Assembly: GCA_965242695.1 (NCBI GenBank)
Contig: CBDESU010000001.1
Location: forward strand, 800,001 to 864,000
Source of the DNA: Cenarchaeum sp.
Lineage (GTDB): Archaea > Thermoproteota > Nitrososphaeria > Nitrososphaerales > Nitrosopumilaceae
Direction: 5' to 3'
Length of the DNA: 64,000 nucleotides
A program made the translations under genes and the position numbers. Under the pieces are notes generated by a model. It saw only the letters and a program-made list of their open reading frames with translations. It was not told the DNA's origin and ran no database searches. This document shows positions 60,608-64,000 of this stretch, piece by piece (positions within the stretch are counted from its first letter, which is position 1; every line of letters starts with the position of its first letter).

Positions 60608-61260
60608 CGGCGCATCCTACCTCGGCGCGGATGCCCTTTCGAGTAGCTGCGCCAGTAACTCTCGAAGTCCTCGTTGTCTGTGAACTCTGGTTCGTGACTC
60701 TGCAGCCTTTTGAGCGACGTTATTCCTCCTATGTTCGCAGTGTCTCCCGACCCGGATGATCGGCCGGCAAATTGCCACTTTTGCCCTACACATATGTCTT
60801 TTATGTCCACCATGCTGGGTGACGCCTCGTGTGGACGCCACTCGTACACCACTGCAATGATCCAGTGCTCTGCGTAGTCGTTGTAGCATCGCGTTCCACG
60901 GCAGAGTTTTTTAGAGTCGGGTTCTAGGAAGTAACCGTTGTACGTGCCCAGCGTCATCGTGCTTATCCTGTCGCCCTTGATCACGCGTGCGGACTTTACT
61001 TCAATTGCCAGCAGCTTGCCATCCTGCCAAAGATCGGCATCGGGATACCCTCTTCCGAACGACTCGTTGACTACAAGCTCGCACCCGGTTCGCCCTGCCC
61101 ACGAGGCTATTTTTTCCAGCACCAGTGACTGGAGCAGCTCCGTGACTACCCTAGACTCTGCGGGAATCCTAGTGACGGCGCCGCCCACATGCAGAACGCC
61201 CTCTATGTCCCATACGGTGCCGGCTAGCGCGCCCTCGAGCTCGCTGCGCATGTCGAGCAT
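60601..61260 (-). CDS. Type II restriction endonuclease, EcoRV family
   Basis: YPD...LAIEVK, TLGTY, Y.EHWII, KWQFAG..GSGDTANIG parallel EcoRV motifs; adjacent cognate MTase. Confidence 0.85.
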   Translation of the reverse strand: MLDMRSELEGALAGTVWDIEGVLHVGGAVTRIPAESRVVTELLQSLVLEKIASWAGRTGCELVVNESFGRGYPDADLWQDGKLLAIEVKSARVIKGDRISTMTLGTYNGYFLEPDSKKLCRGTRCYNDYAEHWIIAVVYEWRPHEASPSMVDIKDICVGQKWQFAGRSSGSGDTANIGGITSLKRLQSHEPEFTDNEDFESYWRSYSKGHPRRGRMRRQ

Positions 61261-61305
61261 GCCGGGGCGGGCGGCCGCCCCTATTTGACTTGATGCGCCG
61301 CGGAC

Positions 61306-62244
61306 CTAGGGAAACGCATCGAGGACGGCCGCGTAGCTCGCAAACCTGTGGTTCTCGGGCCTTACCTCGACCTCCCTGTACTTTGGCACCGTCTGGCCGT
61401 GCGCACCGTACAGGCCGAGCGGGTCGTCCGGGCGGGGCCTGCCGCCGGCCTCTTCCCCCCCGCCGCCGGCCCCGGCATCCCCGGCCGCCTCGAGCAGGAC
61501 CTCGTCGGTCGGCGCGTAGTGGCTCGTGACGGAGGAGCGGACCGCCGCCGAGAGGGCCGCCGCGTAGTCCGACCCTGCGGACGGGGCGGACGCCGGCACG
61601 GATGCGCCGAACAGGTGGACCGACTCTACGGGGGGGCGGGCCCTGCCGCCGCCCCTGGCCAGATCGGCCAGGGCGCTGAATATGACGTGCGAGCCGAGCG
61701 AGTGGCCGATCAGCCGCACGCGCATCGAGGGGCTCGGCACCCTGATCGCCCGCACAAACGCGGCCAGGCGCGGCCCGTTCTGCTCGGCTATCCGCACGGC
61801 AGCCTCCGCCGCGCGGGCCCTCCTCGCGGGGGACGTCGCCGAGGCCCCCGAGGTGTTCGAGTCGTAGCTGTACCCGACGACGGGGTGGCCGTACCCGAGC
61901 TCGCGGAGGCGGTCCTTTGCGATCGCAAACTTGCGCGCCGCATCCGACGTGGTGTTGCGCATGCCGTGGACCATTACGACGAGCTCGGGCGAGCCTGCAA
62001 GCCCGTCAAAGTACGACTTTGGGTACAGGCGGTACGGCGGCCGGGCCTTGCCTGCGGCCGGTGCGGTCCCGCCGCCCTTGCCTGCGCCCCGCTTCCGGCG
62101 CACGTCGCCGCCCTCCCATCCGGCGACCGGCTCGCCCGTGGACAGGTCGTACGCGCCCCTTGTCGTTATGCGCGGAAACCTGGCGCCGGCGACGACGGGC
62201 ACGGCCGACGCGGCGGCCCTGTACTGCGCGCCTCCTGCCGTCAT
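61306..62244 (-). CDS. Alpha/beta hydrolase
   Basis: MVHG, IGHSLG nucleophile elbow, SVHLFGA, terminal His; ATGA overlap with the metG stop. Confidence 0.85.
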   Translation of the reverse strand: MTAGGAQYRAAASAVPVVAGARFPRITTRGAYDLSTGEPVAGWEGGDVRRKRGAGKGGGTAPAAGKARPPYRLYPKSYFDGLAGSPELVVMVHGMRNTTSDAARKFAIAKDRLRELGYGHPVVGYSYDSNTSGASATSPARRARAAEAAVRIAEQNGPRLAAFVRAIRVPSPSMRVRLIGHSLGSHVIFSALADLARGGGRARPPVESVHLFGASVPASAPSAGSDYAAALSAAVRSSVTSHYAPTDEVLLEAAGDAGAGGGGEEAGGRPRPDDPLGLYGAHGQTVPKYREVEVRPENHRFASYAAVLDAFP

Positions 62245-63950
62245 GCCCGCCCCGCCCCCTTGGATGCGCCGCCGGCCCCGGCCAGCGCGCCCCTGCGCCG
62301 CTCGATGTCCGCCGCGTCGATCTTTGCAAACAGCGGCCCGGCCTCGCCGAGGCGGTGGCCCGGCCGGATGGCCATCTCGGACATCTCGTCCCATGCATGC
62401 GAGCCGGGCCCCCCCTTTTCCCCGCCTGCCAGCCCGAGCTGCCCCCACATGGCCTCGGAGGCGGCCGGCAGGAACGGGTGCAGGGCGAGCGACATGCTCC
62501 TCACCGCGTTGACGGACGTGTACACGCACGCGGCGGCCCCGTCGCCTCCCTTCCACGGCTCGCTGTGCTGAAAGTACCTGTTGAACGATGCCGAGAATTC
62601 AAGGACCGCCTTGAGGGCCTTGTCGAGGCGGTTCTCGGCGAGCGGCCGGCCGACGTCCCCGGCCAGGGCCGCTATCCGCCGCTCGGCGTCCCTGTCGGCC
62701 TCGCCCGCAATGCCGGGCTCGGGCACCTCGCCGCCGTGCCTCCGGCACGCGAACCCGACGGCCCTGTTGACGAGGTTTCCGACGTTGCCGATCAGGTCAG
62801 AGTTCACGCGCGCCGCAAAGTCGGCCCAGTCGAAGTTGAGGTCGTCCTGCGAGTACGGGCTTATCAGGAGCAGGTAGAACCGCAGGTAGTCGGCGGGGTA
62901 CGCCTCGAGGAACTCGCGCAGCCCGATGTACCAGCCGCGGCTCTTCGATATCTTCCTCGACTCGAGCGTCAGGTGGCCCCTCGTCGGCATGTAGTCGGGG
63001 AGCTTGAACCGGCGGCCGAGGCCCATGCGCATCGCCGGCAGGAACAGGTAGTGGTGGTACACGATGTCCTTGCCGATAAAGTGGTACACGTCGGCGTCGT
63101 TCCAGAACCGCTCGGCGTCGATGCCCCTGCCCTCCAGGAACTCGGCCGCCGCCGAGATGTACGACAGGTGGTTGTCGAACCAGCCGTACAGGACCTTTGG
63201 ATCCCCGCCCTCGGCCCCGCCGGCGGCCGGCGGGACCGGCACGCCCCAAGACATGTCCCGCGTAATGTCCCAGTCGGACAGGCCGCCGCGTATCCAGTTG
63301 AGCACGTACCTCTTTACGTCGGGCTGCAGGCCGGCGCTGCCCTCGAGCCACTCGGACAGCTCGCCGGCGAACCCGCCGAGCCTGAAGAAGTAGTGGCGCG
63401 AGCTGCGCTTGACCGGCGCGGCGCCGCAGATCGAGCAGCGCGGCGAGGCGATCTCGTCGGGTATGCGGCCGCACGACTCGCACAGGTCCGAGTACTGGTC
63501 CTCGGCGCCGCACGACGGGCAGGTGCCGCGCACGTACCGGTCGGGCAGGAACATGCCGTCGGCCTCGCAGTACGGCTGGACCACATCGGACTCGTAGATG
63601 TGGCCGGCAGCGAGCAGCTCGTCGAACGCGCGGCGGGCGAACTCGACGGCCCGCGGCGAGCTCGTCGCCCCAAAGTGGTCGAACGAGACCCCGAGCGCCT
63701 CAAAGTCCTCCTTGTCCCGCCTGTTCCAGTGCTCCACGTACTCGGCCGGCGTCTTGCCCTCCCTCTCGGACTGGATGAGTATGGGCGTGCCAAAGTCGTC
63801 GGACGCGCAGATGTAGTACGCCTCGACGCCCTTCATGCGTAGGAACCTTGCCGTGACGTCGGCCGGCAGGTACGTCGAGGCGACGTGCCCCAGGTGTATC
63901 TCGCCGTTGGCGTACGGCAGGGCGCTCGTAATGACGGCCTTGTCCCTCAC
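62241..63950 (-). CDS. metG: Methionyl-tRNA synthetase
   Basis: ITSALPYANG.IHLGH, zinc knuckles, FIGKDI, KISKS. Confidence 0.97.
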   Translation of the reverse strand: MRDKAVITSALPYANGEIHLGHVASTYLPADVTARFLRMKGVEAYYICASDDFGTPILIQSEREGKTPAEYVEHWNRRDKEDFEALGVSFDHFGATSSPRAVEFARRAFDELLAAGHIYESDVVQPYCEADGMFLPDRYVRGTCPSCGAEDQYSDLCESCGRIPDEIASPRCSICGAAPVKRSSRHYFFRLGGFAGELSEWLEGSAGLQPDVKRYVLNWIRGGLSDWDITRDMSWGVPVPPAAGGAEGGDPKVLYGWFDNHLSYISAAAEFLEGRGIDAERFWNDADVYHFIGKDIVYHHYLFLPAMRMGLGRRFKLPDYMPTRGHLTLESRKISKSRGWYIGLREFLEAYPADYLRFYLLLISPYSQDDLNFDWADFAARVNSDLIGNVGNLVNRAVGFACRRHGGEVPEPGIAGEADRDAERRIAALAGDVGRPLAENRLDKALKAVLEFSASFNRYFQHSEPWKGGDGAAACVYTSVNAVRSMSLALHPFLPAASEAMWGQLGLAGGEKGGPGSHAWDEMSEMAIRPGHRLGEAGPLFAKIDAADIERRRGALAGAGGASKGAGRA

Positions 63951-64000
63951 GGCAAGGAGCCGGCGCGCGGGGTAAAAAGTCTAGCGGCGGGGCGCCTCGG

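Noticed and set aside
1-64000. tRNA, rRNA, integrase or viral structural genes
   Set aside because: None recognised by eye; a tRNAscan/Infernal run would be needed to exclude small RNAs

Overview
Very GC-rich archaeal DNA, most consistent with a Nitrososphaerota (Nitrosopumilaceae / Cenarchaeum-like, possibly host-associated) genome. This is inferred from archaeal NadM, a SelB-like protein, MetRS, TATA boxes about 25-30 nt upstream of start codons, and giant surface proteins. Core genes occupy only about 47.1-48.7 kb and 61.3-64 kb. Most of the rest is an accessory region built from a recurring gene set seen about three times (0-14.7, 17.2-28.7 and 43.5-46.8 kb). The set comprises about 9 paralogues of an Ala/Trp helical family, 3 paralogues of a second helical family, two decayed TBP-like genes and about 12 copies (7 intact) of a basic 4-zinc-finger gene. 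The zinc-finger and Ala/Trp families each have their own conserved promoter. Interspersed are a GNAT toxin-antitoxin pair, a HEPN-TPR fusion, a frameshifted DUF3800 gene between direct repeats, an IS66 with TIRs and TSD, an MmeI-like restriction-modification gene with a G24 tract split by an IS630, an EcoRV-like R-M pair flanked by a duplicated gene end, and two giant surface proteins (2705 and 3329 aa), each preceded by a matching pair of poly-G tracts. All family assignments come from motif recognition by eye; no searches were run.
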